From the NCBI GenBank assembly GCA_052426225.1, contig JBNJNM010000014.1:372001-436000 (forward strand): DNA of 64,000 nt, read 5' to 3'. The first letter of the stretch is position 1. Each line of letters begins with the position of its first letter. The position numbers were made by a program, and so were the translations under genes. This DNA comes from Zancudomyces culisetae HAW-14-8. Its lineage: Eukaryota > Fungi > Kickxellomycota. Below are positions 13,206 through 25,826 of this stretch, piece after piece. The notes beneath the pieces were generated by a model. The model was given only the letters and a program-made list of their open reading frames with translations, searched no databases and was not told the origin of the DNA.

Positions 13206-14600
13206 TGTGTATGTTTTACTTTTACTTTATATAATATATATACAATACCTCCCGTGTACTCAAAGAGTTGTTTGTGTATATCGTGTAGTCTTGTCACTAT
13301 TAAATGGCGCAAATTCACATTTGCTCAACCGTCTGATATTTTGGTTTTCTGAGACTAAGTGGATTGTTTCGTTAGTTTACATTAATTGTTGTGTAGAGCT
13401 TGGTACTATCTGTGGTACTTATACTTTTTATTATGTGGGTATCTTAAGGTTTGCGACTAGAATATAATGGCCCACTACCATTATATTTTTCCTTGAACCT
13501 TTCCAAGACAGGTGCAGAGAATCCACAATTTCTATCTATAATGTCTCAGTGCCTACCCCCGAAGCCTATTCTTCCAAATCCTAGTTTGTCAAGTTACGAT
13601 TTATCGTTCTGTTTTTTGCTGATTGTCTGCTATTTCCTTTTTTTCTCCCAACCAACAGCTATTAAACTCTAATTGTAAATACAACCAACGAATAGTTTAT
13701 CAGTAAATGTTTATATTTTTAATTTCCTCAAAATTCGTACATTAACACCAAAACTCTTACTCAATATTCCTCTGAAAAACCTGGGGACAAAGTCATATAT
13801 CTTGATGAGTATTACTCAAGCCGTTATACGCTTTTCAGCAACCATGCATGTATTGAAATGTCTAGATCTTGCTTGTACATTTATTTATATACGTAAAACT
13901 CCAACCCTAGTCAAAAAGTTCATCCACCTTTCTACAGAAGAATCGGATGGTGAAAAAAAAATTTTTTTTAGCAAAAACTGGGTAAATGTGTGCGATATGT
14001 ATACAAAGACTGATGAAAAATAAAAGGAATTGTTTTCTCCGCCAAATTGGCCACTAAAGCGTTGCTCTTTTTTTTTGTATACCCAGGTAGCGAACCACTC
14101 GGAAAAAAAATACTAGTTATGAGCAGAAATAAGACAAATAGCACACCAGCTCCAAAAGGAATTACAAATACAGACACACCTGATTCTATGTATCCTTCCC
14201 ACCATGAAATTGTTTCATGGTTTTACTTGATACACTAGGGTTTTTTTTTAAAAAAGTTGTGGTTTTTGTGAAATTTCGCATTTTTTTATTTATTGTAGCA
14301 ATAGCTTATATAAGTATAAAAAAAGCTTGGATCTAATAGTTGGCGAACATTTCTGACTTAATAATTATTATTATTAAAGAGCGAGTAACCAGGAATTATA
14401 CAACAAACAGAAAACTACAGCAGCATTGAATTTTAGGAGCTGTTTTTCAAGCTAATATAAAATATACACATATATCGTGCCATCAAGCTGGCATTACAAC
14501 TGTTCACACACAACAAAATATTTTACATAGGGCAGAGTCGCAGTAAATGGCAAAAAAAAATAACCAGTAAGCTTTAACCTCATTTCCACTGGTTACCATA

Positions 14601-15411
14601 TTACTGCAGCAGATGCTTCGCGTACTCTTCAGCAAGAACCCCTAAGAATATTTGAAAATTATCCTTTCAGTATTGTAATGAAAATGCATATGAATAAATA
14701 CTTCTTAGTAAAAAAGAAAGGAGAAAAGAAAACTCGTTGGTTGTCACGTACCCAAAGCCATAGCAGTCGGAGTATCAAAGTTAAACTTCAAATCCTTTTC
14801 CTCGTGATTGTTATAATACTCTGTGATTGAATCAAAGATAGACCTTACAAGTTTCTGGTGTTAAAATATGTAAATGGACGTTCGTTAGAAATATATAATA
14901 TGTCAACTTGATGTAAAAGCGTGACCATAGTTTCAACAAAAAAATATTTATTCGTATATGTGCTTACATCATCAGGTAGAATATCTTTTGAGGGCGCAGA
15001 TATGTTACAAGTGACACTTTCTAGCTCCTTTTCAAAGAACACCTTTTCTAAATTATCGTGAACAAACTTTTTTGTACGCCGAGGATTTGTATCCTTTTGT
15101 CTATCAACAAATTGTTCCATAGAATTGATGTAGTCTCTCTCACCAAAGAATCTTGGAGTACACATATTTCTCTTTAGGTTATACTTCATCATGTTTCGCA
15201 CGTTTCTGCTGAGAGCTTGTTTCGCATATTTGTGCATTTTCACTGCCGAGGAGGTTGAAAGGTTTTTATTTATACTAGCTTTGGATTTCTTTACACATTT
15301 CCTATTAGACTTTTTGCAATTTTCGCAGCCTTGGTCATCGAGATTGCACTGCAACTCTAGTATCGTGCACTGAATGCACTTTGATGCTGAAATGTTTTCT
15401 CCATTTTTCAT
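14601..15411 (-). CDS. Zn(II)2Cys6-like N-terminus fused to a UAF Rrn10-like C-terminal domain, 3 exons, about 195 aa
   Basis: Cys spacing C-x2-C-x6-C-x6-C-x2-C-x6-C (CIQCTILELQCNLDDQGCENCKKSNRKC). Exons 15411-14968, 14854-14752, 14641-14601 give ...LPDDKLVRSIFDSITEYY...FDTPTAMALGVLAEEYAKHLLQ*, matching the recalled Rrn10 pattern LP.SDLL.AI..Y..YY...D.(T/S)AL.ALG.L.EE. Confidence 0.65.
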
Positions 15412-15627
15412 GGTGATTGTGTATTTTCAAAAGCAACTTGCTCAATATTTCTTGTTTTTTTTCTAGCTCAACCTATCTGAATAGACTTTTTTATCGACAA
15501 ATTTAAAAGTTGAATTGAATTAAGCTTAGTATCAAAATCTAAGAGTTTTCGAATTTATTTAGTTCATTAAGATTATTATAACAAGAACAGGATCAAATTG
15601 GTAATAATTGTGTAATTTGGGTGAGAA

Positions 15628-15640
15628 TGAAAATTTTTCA
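15628..15640. promoter_or_regulatory. RRPE-like element (TGAAAATTTTTCA) in the divergent Rrn10-like/ELP4 promoter
   Basis: Near-palindromic match to the RRPE consensus TGAAAAWTTT in the 360-bp region between two divergent genes. The AT-rich background weakens the call. Confidence 0.35.
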
Positions 15641-15771
15641 GTCTTTTTTCTTTCTTTTGCTAATTGCGCTATTTTTTGTTTTTTGATGTATAACCTGGTT
15701 TTGTTTGTAATACAAGAATACTCGCTACAGTTACCAATACTAAAATATAAGAATTGACCATAAAATTAAAA

Positions 15772-17236
15772 ATGAGTTTTCGAAAGGCAAAGGGAAACGA
15801 AGATAACAAGCCCATACCAGGCACAAGATACCAGACACAAAGTCAGCTAAACATAACCTCAACAGGATGTCTGTCATTTGACGAAGTTATGGGCGGAGGA
15901 ATCCCAGTAGGTGCAATGATACTAGTAGAGGAAGATCGACTTACCGATTACAGCAAAACTCTTCAATCCTTATTTGAATCTCAGGGAGTCAGCCATGGGC
16001 AGGAATTGTTGGTGATCAAACCGGGATTAAATAGCAAAATCGAGCTATCGCTACCGGAATCTGTTTCCGAAGAAAAGAAAAAGAGAGTTGAAAAACCAAA
16101 ACCGGAAAATAACCAACCAAGAAAGGATTATAGCGATCGGCGAGCCACAGGCGATTCAATGAAAATCGCATGGAGGTATAATAGTTTACAAAAAATCCGA
16201 GGACCGGGTCTCTTAGCAGAATTGAAAGGTATGTCTTAGTTTTAGTAGGGATTTTCACTGTGGATACTTGGATCCTGAGCTTTAATATATGATGATTTAA
16301 ACATAACATACACAATCGTACATATAATATATAGAGGATCCCGATAATAAATATTGCAACAGCTTTGATATCACAAAAACCATTGGGAAAGATGGATTAG
16401 ACGCAGCAAAGATCGATACCATTGATGTCTTTAAACTATCGATAGAGGCGGAGAAAGACGGTCAGAGTGTGTATGGTGCTATCTATGGGAAAATTGCATC
16501 TTTTATAGAAAGGCAGCAAGAACAAAACGCAATTGTAAGAATATCGATTCACTCGATAGGATCCCTGTTCTGGGGCCAAGACAACGGCGATAAAGAGTTG
16601 TTGGTATTTCTGCACTCCCTACGCGGTCTACTACGAAAGAGCAACAGGGCAGTGTGTATGTTGAGTCTTCCGGTCAGCCTGTACAAAGACACTGGTTCAG
16701 AACAGCGCCAAACAATAGTTCGACGAATTGAACATCAATGCGATGCGGTTGTTGAGCTTGAATCCTTTGAAGGTATTTTTTTTAAAACTATTTAGTTTAT
16801 TTTTGTTCATAAACACATGCGAAGCTTGTTTACACCTTTACTTATGTAAATAGGGGCAGAGTGTGGCGAGTTGGCGATCCTGAAAACTCAAAAAACACGA
16901 AATGTCATCAGCAACCAAAGCAATGAGTACCATGGATTCTTCCATATCCACAAAAACTTTAGTCTGAATTCCATGTTTCCAATCGCCGATAAGACATCGC
17001 TTTTGAAGTCTGAAGGAAGCGGCGGATCCGAAAACAACCTAGCATTCAAGCTGAAGAAAAAGAAATTTTCTATCGAAACCTACCACTTGCCCATAGAAGG
17101 TGGAACAAGCGAAAGAAGAGTTCCTGATAGCGCCAGTAGTGGCTCCAATTCTTCGGCTACAGGTGTTCCTAATAGACTTACAACAAAACTCTCTCAACGA
17201 CAATCCAACTTATCACAGAGTGTTACTGATTTCTAG
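15772..17236 (+). CDS. ELP4: Elongator complex subunit 4, 3 exons
   Basis: Exons 15772-16228, 16335-16772, 16854-17236. Motifs STGCLSFDEVMGGGIPVG, MKIAWRY, YCNSFDITK, FLHSLRGLLR, CDAVVELESF, LAFKLKKKKFSIETYHLP. Confidence 0.92.
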
Positions 17237-17339
17237 CTTACCATTTAATTATTCTTTGGTATGATTTTCTGTAAACTTTAACCAAAACAAAACAGATATT
17301 TACACAAACAAAAACAGTCTAAATAAATGTATAAACTTC

Positions 17340-18428
17340 CTAGTAGGGTTTAAATCGTCTCTTGGCCTTAAGCTGTTCGATTTTGGCTTTATCGTCCTCA
17401 AATTTCTTTCTGAGATCGTTGATTTCCTGCTTTTTGTTTTCTCTTTGCTGCCAGCGGTAAAATGTAGCATGTTCCATTTTCTTTTTCTTGGCTGCAAGTT
17501 TTTCAGAAAGAGCTTTATTCCCTGTCACTGTCATTGAAGAGCCTGTCACCATTGAAATATCAGCGTTTGCACCACCCATAGAATCAAACGCACCCTTTCT
17601 ATTCTTGTTGGAATACGAAACTGTAACAAAGCCGTCCTCATCTGGAACGTTTCTTTGAGCACTGATTGCCTTTTCTCTCTCGTATTCAGCAGCCTCGAAC
17701 TTTTGCATAAATAGATCGACCTCCTTTTGTACAGTATCTAATTCTGGTCTTATTTTCTGGTATTCGAACTTGTATCTTTGGATTCCTCGATACTCCTCCA
17801 CATCTTTACCATCTTCTGCCCTCCAGACAACTGGGATCCTTTTTTCATCCATGACAGAACACAGCACCTTTTCTATATCCTCTGTTTTTGCTAGTACAAC
17901 ATGGGCTGTACTTCCTGATTCTATTCGCTGGATTCCCTTACTATCCACACCACCTTCGGTTTTGTTTTTTCCAGCATCTCTCTTTCCTCGTCGTCTTTTC
18001 CCAGACGCGTTGGCTGCCTCCTTTTCCTTGGCTTTAAGATTTTCTAGTATTTTCCATTTTTCTCCCTCGTTATTTATACCATCGACTCCGATTATGCCAT
18101 TGAAAAACACTTCTACAACCTTTACTCCAGCTAATTTTCTAAATACCATCTCTACATCCTTTTTAGTACTATACACTGGTAAATTATACACAAACAGGGT
18201 TCTGTTCTCTGGGAAATTCATTTCTCCAGCCATATTTCCGTTACTGTGCTGTTTGACATATATGTAGCTCCTTATTTCGGGATTCTTGGTGTTTTGTAGA
18301 ATCGGGATTATTGTGTACCCGTTAACACTAAGCTCTCTTTTAGCTGTCTTTTCATTTCCCTTTTCCTTTGCCGAAATCTTTTTGTTTTTCGCTTCCTCTG
18401 GGATGGTTTTTTTATTTATCTTGGCCAT
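17340..18428 (-). CDS. RRP7: Ribosomal RNA-processing protein 7
   Basis: RRM-like RTLFVYNLP, PDEDGFVTV, and C-terminal FYRWQQRE...LRKKFEDDK...RRFKPY. Confidence 0.95.
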   Translation of the reverse strand: MAKINKKTIPEEAKNKKISAKEKGNEKTAKRELSVNGYTIIPILQNTKNPEIRSYIYVKQHSNGNMAGEMNFPENRTLFVYNLPVYSTKKDVEMVFRKLAGVKVVEVFFNGIIGVDGINNEGEKWKILENLKAKEKEAANASGKRRRGKRDAGKNKTEGGVDSKGIQRIESGSTAHVVLAKTEDIEKVLCSVMDEKRIPVVWRAEDGKDVEEYRGIQRYKFEYQKIRPELDTVQKEVDLFMQKFEAAEYEREKAISAQRNVPDEDGFVTVSYSNKNRKGAFDSMGGANADISMVTGSSMTVTGNKALSEKLAAKKKKMEHATFYRWQQRENKKQEINDLRKKFEDDKAKIEQLKAKRRFKPY

Positions 18429-18996
18429 TTTCTAAATTGCTCATGAACTTTTCATTCACTTTTGAAATGTCTATTACTATTAACTAACTATTATATACAA
18501 TTAACATGGAAAAAAAAAATTTTTTTTTCTTTAAATATTAAATGGGAAATACTAGAAACTGATTTGCAGAGAAATCGATCTATATTTTTTTTTCTGCACT
18601 TTGCTAGTGCTGAAGCTGAAAGAAAAAATTTTCTAACTACTAGCGCAAATATATTAAACAGTAGTCAGGATTTGCAAGTTACACAACCAACCTTGATGGA
18701 CCGTGAGTACAAGATGTAGTCAGCACTGTACACAATCTTGGATACCTCTAACTAACCAACAATCTTTTCTCTCTTATTCTCCCTTACCTGCCTTGGTGGG
18801 GTTTTAACCATTTTTAATCCTCCAATTCTTACTATTTGGCAGTAAAATAAATACTACAAGACTAAAACTAAAACTAAAGTTAAATATAAACAATAATTAC
18901 AACCCATTCTGGATAACACTTCGAATATAATTTTTTGCGTTTAAAACCACCACTACATCCCTCAACCTTCTAAAGAATATTTAACGCCCTTTATTT

Positions 18997-21034
18997 TTAT
19001 GACCGTTTCTTTTTCTTTTTGAAAAAAAAGGCATTAAGCCTTGCAGACCTTTTGTTGCAGTTTGGCTGTGAGCTGCAACAGTGTTTGCTCATGTTAATAA
19101 AATCCTTGGGAATTATCCAGTGATTAAGATCACTCGAAGTAATTGCATATTCATGCATAAGTCTTATCTCATCGGGGTACTGCTCATTGTGAAGGCAAAC
19201 GGATGCTTTTACAACCACCAGCTTGTCCAGATATCCGAGCAGATAGCTTGTAAATTGGTAGTAGGCTGAGTATTTTTTGAGTATTTCCAAGAGATAATCG
19301 TATGAGGATCTGATTTTTTTGTAATTAGGATGGTCAGTTAGGTTTCTGACATTTATTAGCACCACAAGTCCAAAGAAAGCCCAAACGGTAAGGTGTGGTC
19401 CTCTGTAGTATTCTGGAATTTTCACTATATCTTTTTCAAATATTTCTGCAATTTTTATGGCAGACTCGATGCATACGTTCTTTGAGTTTCGCACACGGGC
19501 ACCTGAAATACCCCTCGACTTTGGCTTAACAATATTCAGTTGATGTAGAAAAATATTCAGTGCGTTGTGGTAGAGGTACAGTAGCAACAACTCGACTGGT
19601 TTTGCTTCCCTCTGGCCTTCCTCTACATCACCATTATTGCTAGCATTGATTAGGCTGTTATCGTATACATCTGGAAGTTCATAAGACTCGATCTCGACCT
19701 TCAACCTCTTCATGAAAACTACGTATGAATCAAACTCCACTGGATCGTACACAAACCTTTTCAAAGTAAAAGTACTGCCTGTCAGTGATTTTTTAAGACA
19801 AATCTTGTTCACATACTCAAGCAGCACACCTATAAACTTTAACATCTTAAATAGTGTAGAGTATATCCCGGGTTCAATCATATTGCTAATTTGGCCAACT
19901 TGAGGTGGGGTTGTAGTCGCTATAAAGCTGTTCAGACGTTTAACTCTTTCGCTGCAGCTTTTTGCGTTACCTCCATATCTCCAAAAGAAGTCGTTTGTGG
20001 GATATTTTATTTGAATATCTGAATTGCTAATATATGAGATTCTACCTGATACCATTGTGTGAATTCTTACTGAAAACACTGCAACCCAAACAACTCGTCT
20101 TATAAACTCTTTTCCCTCTTCTGACAGTATTTTTGTTGGTGTTACAAATTGATTGTCCAGAAAATTATATTTTGCTCTTTTAATTCCGCTATATAAATGG
20201 TTGTATTTAGTTGGTTGTTAGAAAAGAGTAGAAAGTATATTGTAAAGTAGAGCCAAAAATTAACCAACTTACTTTATCGCAGTTTCTAAACAAATTATGG
20301 ATATTAATGTAAGTAATAAGTATAGTATACTATCCAACACGGTTAAAATCAACATCAACATCAACATCAACATCAAAACCAAGCATAGTGATTAGTGTAA
20401 CATCAATCTCACCTAAATTATCGTTGGCGGCTCCAATTGCCCCTTTTCTCCATTGGTACGCAGTCATTATGAGACATGACCAAATATAGTACGGGTCTGT
20501 AGAAAAAATACTTTTCCTAAGCAGTTTGTTTGCTTTCGCTGCATAGATCTCTCTTTCACAAACACGGTTGCCTTTAAATTTTTCTTCTTTGCCCCCACTT
20601 GCTAAAATAGAGTATAAAAATACATCTGGCAGCCTTTTCTCCAAGAAGCTGTTTAAAATCGCTGTTATCCTCAATGGAATCATCATTACTGGTATTTTGT
20701 ACATCAGCTCGAATAGAGTGTCTTCAAACTCCATCAGTTTTATATGCTCATTTGGATCGTTGGTGTTTGGCAGTTTATCTATGTAGTTTTCCCAACTGCA
20801 TAGTTCATAGTTAGTGCCAGTTTTCTCACTACTAGATATTTCCTTTTGCTTCAAGATATCTTTCAATAAAGCCGTTTTTCTGCCTTTCCGTATCAAGAGA
20901 TCAACCCCAACTAAATACTCCTCAATATTTGTTATTTTTTTGTTGATTGCGTTTATGGTATTCGTTCTTGTGTTGTTTCCGTTTGGATCAAGTCTGCTGC
21001 CACAGTTTTTAGGTTTATCGTTTTCTAACTCCAT
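18997..21034 (-). CDS. Fungal-specific transcription factor (middle homology region / Fungal_trans-like); 5' end uncertain
   Basis: Exons 21034-20413, 20285-20273 (13-nt microexon), 20188-18997 splice in frame. Motifs FLYSILASG, EGKEFIRRVVW (E.RRR.FW-like), YLYHNALNIFLH, CIESAIKI. No intact Zn2Cys6 exon found upstream. Confidence 0.7.
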
Positions 21035-22088
21035 CTTTATTTTCAGAAATCTTATTTGTAACTATGGGTGATATCTTTGGTCAAGTAAGCTTCATATCTA
21101 CGAATCCCTGTGTTATAAGGATTTAAATGGTATTAAACTGTGTTAACCGTTTGGTTATTTATGGTGTTGAGAACAAACAAGGAAGTATTTAAATAAAACA
21201 AAAGCACATACATACACACACACACGCAGGCACTTGCAAATGCTCTACCTGACATAAAATAAACACGCCAGTCAAATGCCATGAGTTAAGTACTATCAAT
21301 CCCAACGCGCCTTTATATCCGACTTTTCTCTTGTTTTATGCAGGTTCAAAGTGCTTTAAATCACTCATCAAACGACGTTTTTAAAATCAGCAGCATCAAT
21401 ACCAATAAAAGTGGCCCAAGTAGGCAACATTGTGATTCAGGGATGACATCCATTTTCTTCTCTTTCGTACTTTTGAATCTCGTCTTCACTGTTCCTTCTT
21501 CAGTTTTAGTGTATTTCCTTTTTTGGAAAAGCTGAATTATGTAAAATACCCTGCTGTTCTGACCAAAATGGAATGGAAGTCTTTCCATTTTATCCAAGAT
21601 AATGAGACCCAACAGTTCTATTTGGCTTTGAATTTTGTAAAGTTGCATTTCCTAAACATTCGTCTTCACTTTTCCAATAAACGTGTAATCAAGAGGTGCA
21701 ACTATAAAATATAAAGCAGTGAAGATTATCAAAACCATAATACTATATCACATCCACCACACGTTTTTTTTGTTGGGGGGGGGGGGAGGGAAGAAGAAAA
21801 AGGAAAGTGAAAAGGAAAAGGTGAAATGAAAGATGCAACTAACCAACATGGTTTTGTGGAAACATTCCTTTTTCGAGACAAACAAAAGCGGGGTTTTTCA
21901 TGGTTATTAGGGAAAAACGCTTTATTAAATGCGTAATATCAAGTTTAAGCCAGCCAATGTAACTACATGGCAGGTTAAGATCAAACTGAAATACCAGCTA
22001 GTACTCAACAAGAAAAAATCAAAAGAAAAAATCGTTGAAACTAAAACTAAACTGGGTGGAAAACTGAATGAAAAAAAAGAGAAAAAGC

Positions 22089-23240
22089 TTATAAGTTTCC
22101 TCTTTTTTCTTGTTCTCTTTCAATCGACTCAAAGAGTGATTTGAAATTTCCCGCACCAAAACCATTGTGGTTCTTTCTCTGAATAAACTCAATAAAGAGA
22201 GTTGGTCTATCTTGCAACGGCTTGGTAAAGATCTGGAGCAAGTATCCGTTCTCGTCATAATCAACCAAAATGTTGAGCTTTTCAAGCACACTAATATCCT
22301 CAGTGACTTTGATTTTCATTCTGTCGGCACTCTCCGCCAGGCGCTCCCGCAGGTTTTCGTAGTATGACTTTGGAGTTGGTAGGAAGTCACAGCCCCTATC
22401 CACCAGGTTTGTGACAGTTGTAATTACATCATCCACGTTAAGAGCAATGTGTTGGATCCCAGGGCCTCCATAGTACTCGACAAATTCTTCGATCTGACTC
22501 TTTCTTAATCCATTTGCAGGCTCATTAATGGGCATCTTTATATGCTCAGCCTCATCCGCCATTACAGTCGATCTCAAACTGCTGTATTGGGTGTGGATAT
22601 CTTTGTCGTCTACAGACCAAAATCTGTGAAATCCAAGAACATTCTCGTATTTCTCACATACCTCAAGCATCTTGCTATCGGGTTGGTTGGATACGCAATG
22701 GTCAATATAGTTGACGCTTACTTTTGGAAGGAACTCGCTCATTTTGTTTGGTATACTACGAGTGTACCCAGGGAGAAATGGGCCAGAGTAATTCTTCCTC
22801 TCTATGAAACTGTGGTGAGTTCCATCGTAAAGGCTGATAGTAGCTATAACGACGCTTCCATGCTTGTCCTCAAGAGTGTGAGGCTCCTTAACAGAGGTAG
22901 CACCCCGTGCTATTGCTGTCTCATAGCAAAGCTTTGCGTTGTCCACGGTAAAGCTGATATCTCTGACACCATCACCATGTCTTTCCAAAAACTCTCCAAA
23001 CTCCTTGTTTCCGGGTTTCAGTGCTGACATGAAGCAAAAGACGGCATTATTATTACACACTACGTGTGATACAATATCGCGTGAGCCATTTTCCAAGCCT
23101 CTGTAGGCTAGGGGTTCAAACCCAAGTGTTGAACAGTAGAAATGTGCAGCTTGTTTCGCGTTGCCCACCCACAATGTCACGTGGTCAAACGCTTCGTATT
23201 TTATAAAGTTTAGTCCACTGGCTTGTTCATCTAGTCTCAT
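22089..23240 (-). CDS. HPD: 4-hydroxyphenylpyruvate dioxygenase
   Basis: FDHVTLWVGNAKQAA, IDHCV, GPGIQHIAL, YLLQIFTKP, FIEFIQR...GFGAGNFKSLFESIE. The Fe-binding His/His/Glu residues are present. First ATG at 23240, intronless. Confidence 0.97.
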   Translation of the reverse strand: MRLDEQASGLNFIKYEAFDHVTLWVGNAKQAAHFYCSTLGFEPLAYRGLENGSRDIVSHVVCNNNAVFCFMSALKPGNKEFGEFLERHGDGVRDISFTVDNAKLCYETAIARGATSVKEPHTLEDKHGSVVIATISLYDGTHHSFIERKNYSGPFLPGYTRSIPNKMSEFLPKVSVNYIDHCVSNQPDSKMLEVCEKYENVLGFHRFWSVDDKDIHTQYSSLRSTVMADEAEHIKMPINEPANGLRKSQIEEFVEYYGGPGIQHIALNVDDVITTVTNLVDRGCDFLPTPKSYYENLRERLAESADRMKIKVTEDISVLEKLNILVDYDENGYLLQIFTKPLQDRPTLFIEFIQRKNHNGFGAGNFKSLFESIEREQEKRGNL

Positions 23241-25577
23241 TACCACAGGTTTTTCCCTCTTTTTTTTTCCTTTCTGCTTGGGATTTCGAGTAGAATTTTA
23301 TTTATTTTTCTGTTCAAAAGTATTACACCTTTAATAATCAAATCTATTCAAAGTTTAAAAATACCAAAAAAAAAAAGCTGGTTCTTAAACTAATAGAAAA
23401 TACCTAATTCAAAGTGATTCAATGCAAGGAAACAAGAACTTGGTCAACTTTTGGTATGTATTTATACTTTATTGCTAAAGCGCATAAACAACAAACTTGC
23501 TCTTCTTCTTCCACTTTCACATAATTTTATGCGCTTTGTAAAAACCAAGGGAGAGTGAGAAGGGTCGAGAAGAGAATAGTAAAGACAGCTAAAGATAGGG
23601 CGGAACTACAAGATGTTTACAGTGTTTGCGAAATACTATTTGCTCCAGCCCATGTGATAACGTGAGAAAATGCCAAAAAGCTGTTGTCTAAATTTATTTA
23701 TTTTCGTTTTGTTTCATTTTTACTTCTGGACTTCAAACATATAATTCGCTTTAAGAATAATATCGAAAAATATGATGAGAGGGGGGAAGAGAGGAGAGAG
23801 GGTGGGAAAGATAAAAAGGGTGGGAAAGATGCATTTCGGAAATAGCTAATTAATTAGGGGATCTGGGGGCAATCTAGACCAATTGGGTTCCAGTGGAATA
23901 AGAGCGTTACATTAATTGTATGTTGGTTTCAATCAACGCTTCATTAATATTGGATCACCATGTTCCAATTACAAAATTAACCATGTCCTTGTGACCATGT
24001 CCCTCCACTTGATATACAAGAACACATTTTGCTTTTATATTGAACGCATTGGATATTCTTTGTCTTATAAATAAATGCCTAGTTATGTAGATACTTTTTA
24101 GTTAGTTACATTATTTTGGGAGGCTGGAATGTTCTCTAAATGGACTAGGTTGGTCCTTCATTATCAATTCTCATTAGTTTGTTAAAATTATGATTGATTG
24201 ATTAAAATGGCCCTCGCGCCTCCTTTTCAGTTGACTAAATAAAAGTACAGAGATTTAAGAACTGTATAACCACTGTGTTGATACAAGATGACGAAACTGC
24301 AACAAAAGTAAAACAATGCAAAAGAAAAACGATGATGTAATACACACTTTTTTAATGGAAGATACACTACCCAACAGCTACTAAAAGATAAAATGGAAAA
24401 GCAGGAACGAAATATGGTTGACTCCAATAGATGATGTATTATATTTTGTTTTACATTTCCCCAAACTCTTGTAAAGGTTATGTAAAAACGAAAAACAAAA
24501 AAATAAAAATAAAAATAACACAAATACCTTTTCCGGCTTGGTTAGTTCTCATTTACACCACACTCATATCTGTTGATTATCCATCAACCTCGATATTTTT
24601 CACCTTCATTCTGGTGAAACGTATTTATTCAAAGTCTTAAAACCAATGTTTATTGAAGAAAGGGAGAGTTTTTTAGTTTTATTTTATTTTGATACAACGC
24701 TGAGTACAGTTTACGTTTACTTTAATGCTTATTCATCCGTATATTCCATTACATATGCTCATAATCCTGTTAATTCTGGATTTCATTCACCATTTATTTA
24801 CCATGTATTTACCATATTTTTTTTAATTAATTTCAATCTTCCCACCCCCTTACTCTTTTTCCTTTTTTTACCCACCCCTCCCCCCTCCTCCCAATACTCC
24901 TGAACATTATTTCAATTTAACCCCTATTGAATAATATTGGATTAAGTTTTTAGCGGATTTTACAAAAAAAACCGAATTAACGATTACCAAAAAAAAAAAC
25001 ATTTAAAAAAAATTTTAACAATACGTTCCCACACTTGTAAATGTAAAAATGTGTCACGAATCTACTTTGATAGGGTAAAGAAATGTCAATACACTACAGA
25101 TTTTCAATACACATAATGCCCGGAAATATCGGTGTTGATGATAAGTTAGATAATGACCCATTGTTTCAAACAAAAATCCTCAATCCTCCCTCCTCTCCCA
25201 CACAAAATAGATGACAAGAGGTGTCACACGACCTGGAGCGTGCGCAGAAAAAAACGCGGAAAAAATTTATTTTGGCTATTTTTTTGAGAGATAGAAGAAT
25301 AGGGGGTATTAACTTTTCCACGTAAAAAAGGTGGTCAGGAACTAGTCATGTGATGGTGAGAAAGTCACTTTGTATTTCATTTTTGTTGGTCCAGGTTTTA
25401 TGAATGGGGGGGAGGGGCACAATTGCTATCGTGACTATTATAGGATGGTATGAAAGTTGATACGCTAGTTGAAAAAGGGATTGTGTGTTTAAAAAGCAGA
25501 GGAAGGAGGGAAGGAAGGTCAGTTTTAAAAAATATTTAAGCAAATAATAACAGGAGGAAAAGAAAAAAATAAGAATA

Positions 25578-25681
25578 GAGATGAGAGGAAGAGAGTTGAG
25601 AGATGAGAGGAAGAGAGTTGAGAGATGAGAGGAAGAGAGTTGAGAGATGAGAGGAAGAGAGTTGAGAGATGAGAGATGAGA
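25578..25681. repeat. 22-bp minisatellite (GAGATGAGAGGAAGAGAGTTGA) x4 plus partial copies
   Basis: Four exact tandem copies at 25578-25665, followed by GAGATGA partials. Lies about 150 bp downstream of the chorismate mutase stop. Confidence 0.9.
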
Positions 25682-25826
25682 GAAGGGAAGAGATGATGAA
25701 GAGAAGAAAAAAAACATGCAAAGTACAAAGTACTAATAATTGTTTATTCCTATATATCCACAATAGAACAACATAAAAAATAAAGTAAAAACAGTAATAA
25801 TAATAGCATCCCTTTTACGTCATTAA

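Noticed and set aside
18783-18790. CTTACCTG resembling the U1 snRNA 5' end
   Set aside because: No U1 stem-loops or Sm site follow. It is simply the complement of a splice-donor-like sequence.
25346-25763. Repetitive Ser/Leu ORFs (SSHLSTLFLSSLNSLPLI)
   Set aside because: They are translations of the 22-bp minisatellite in all three frames.
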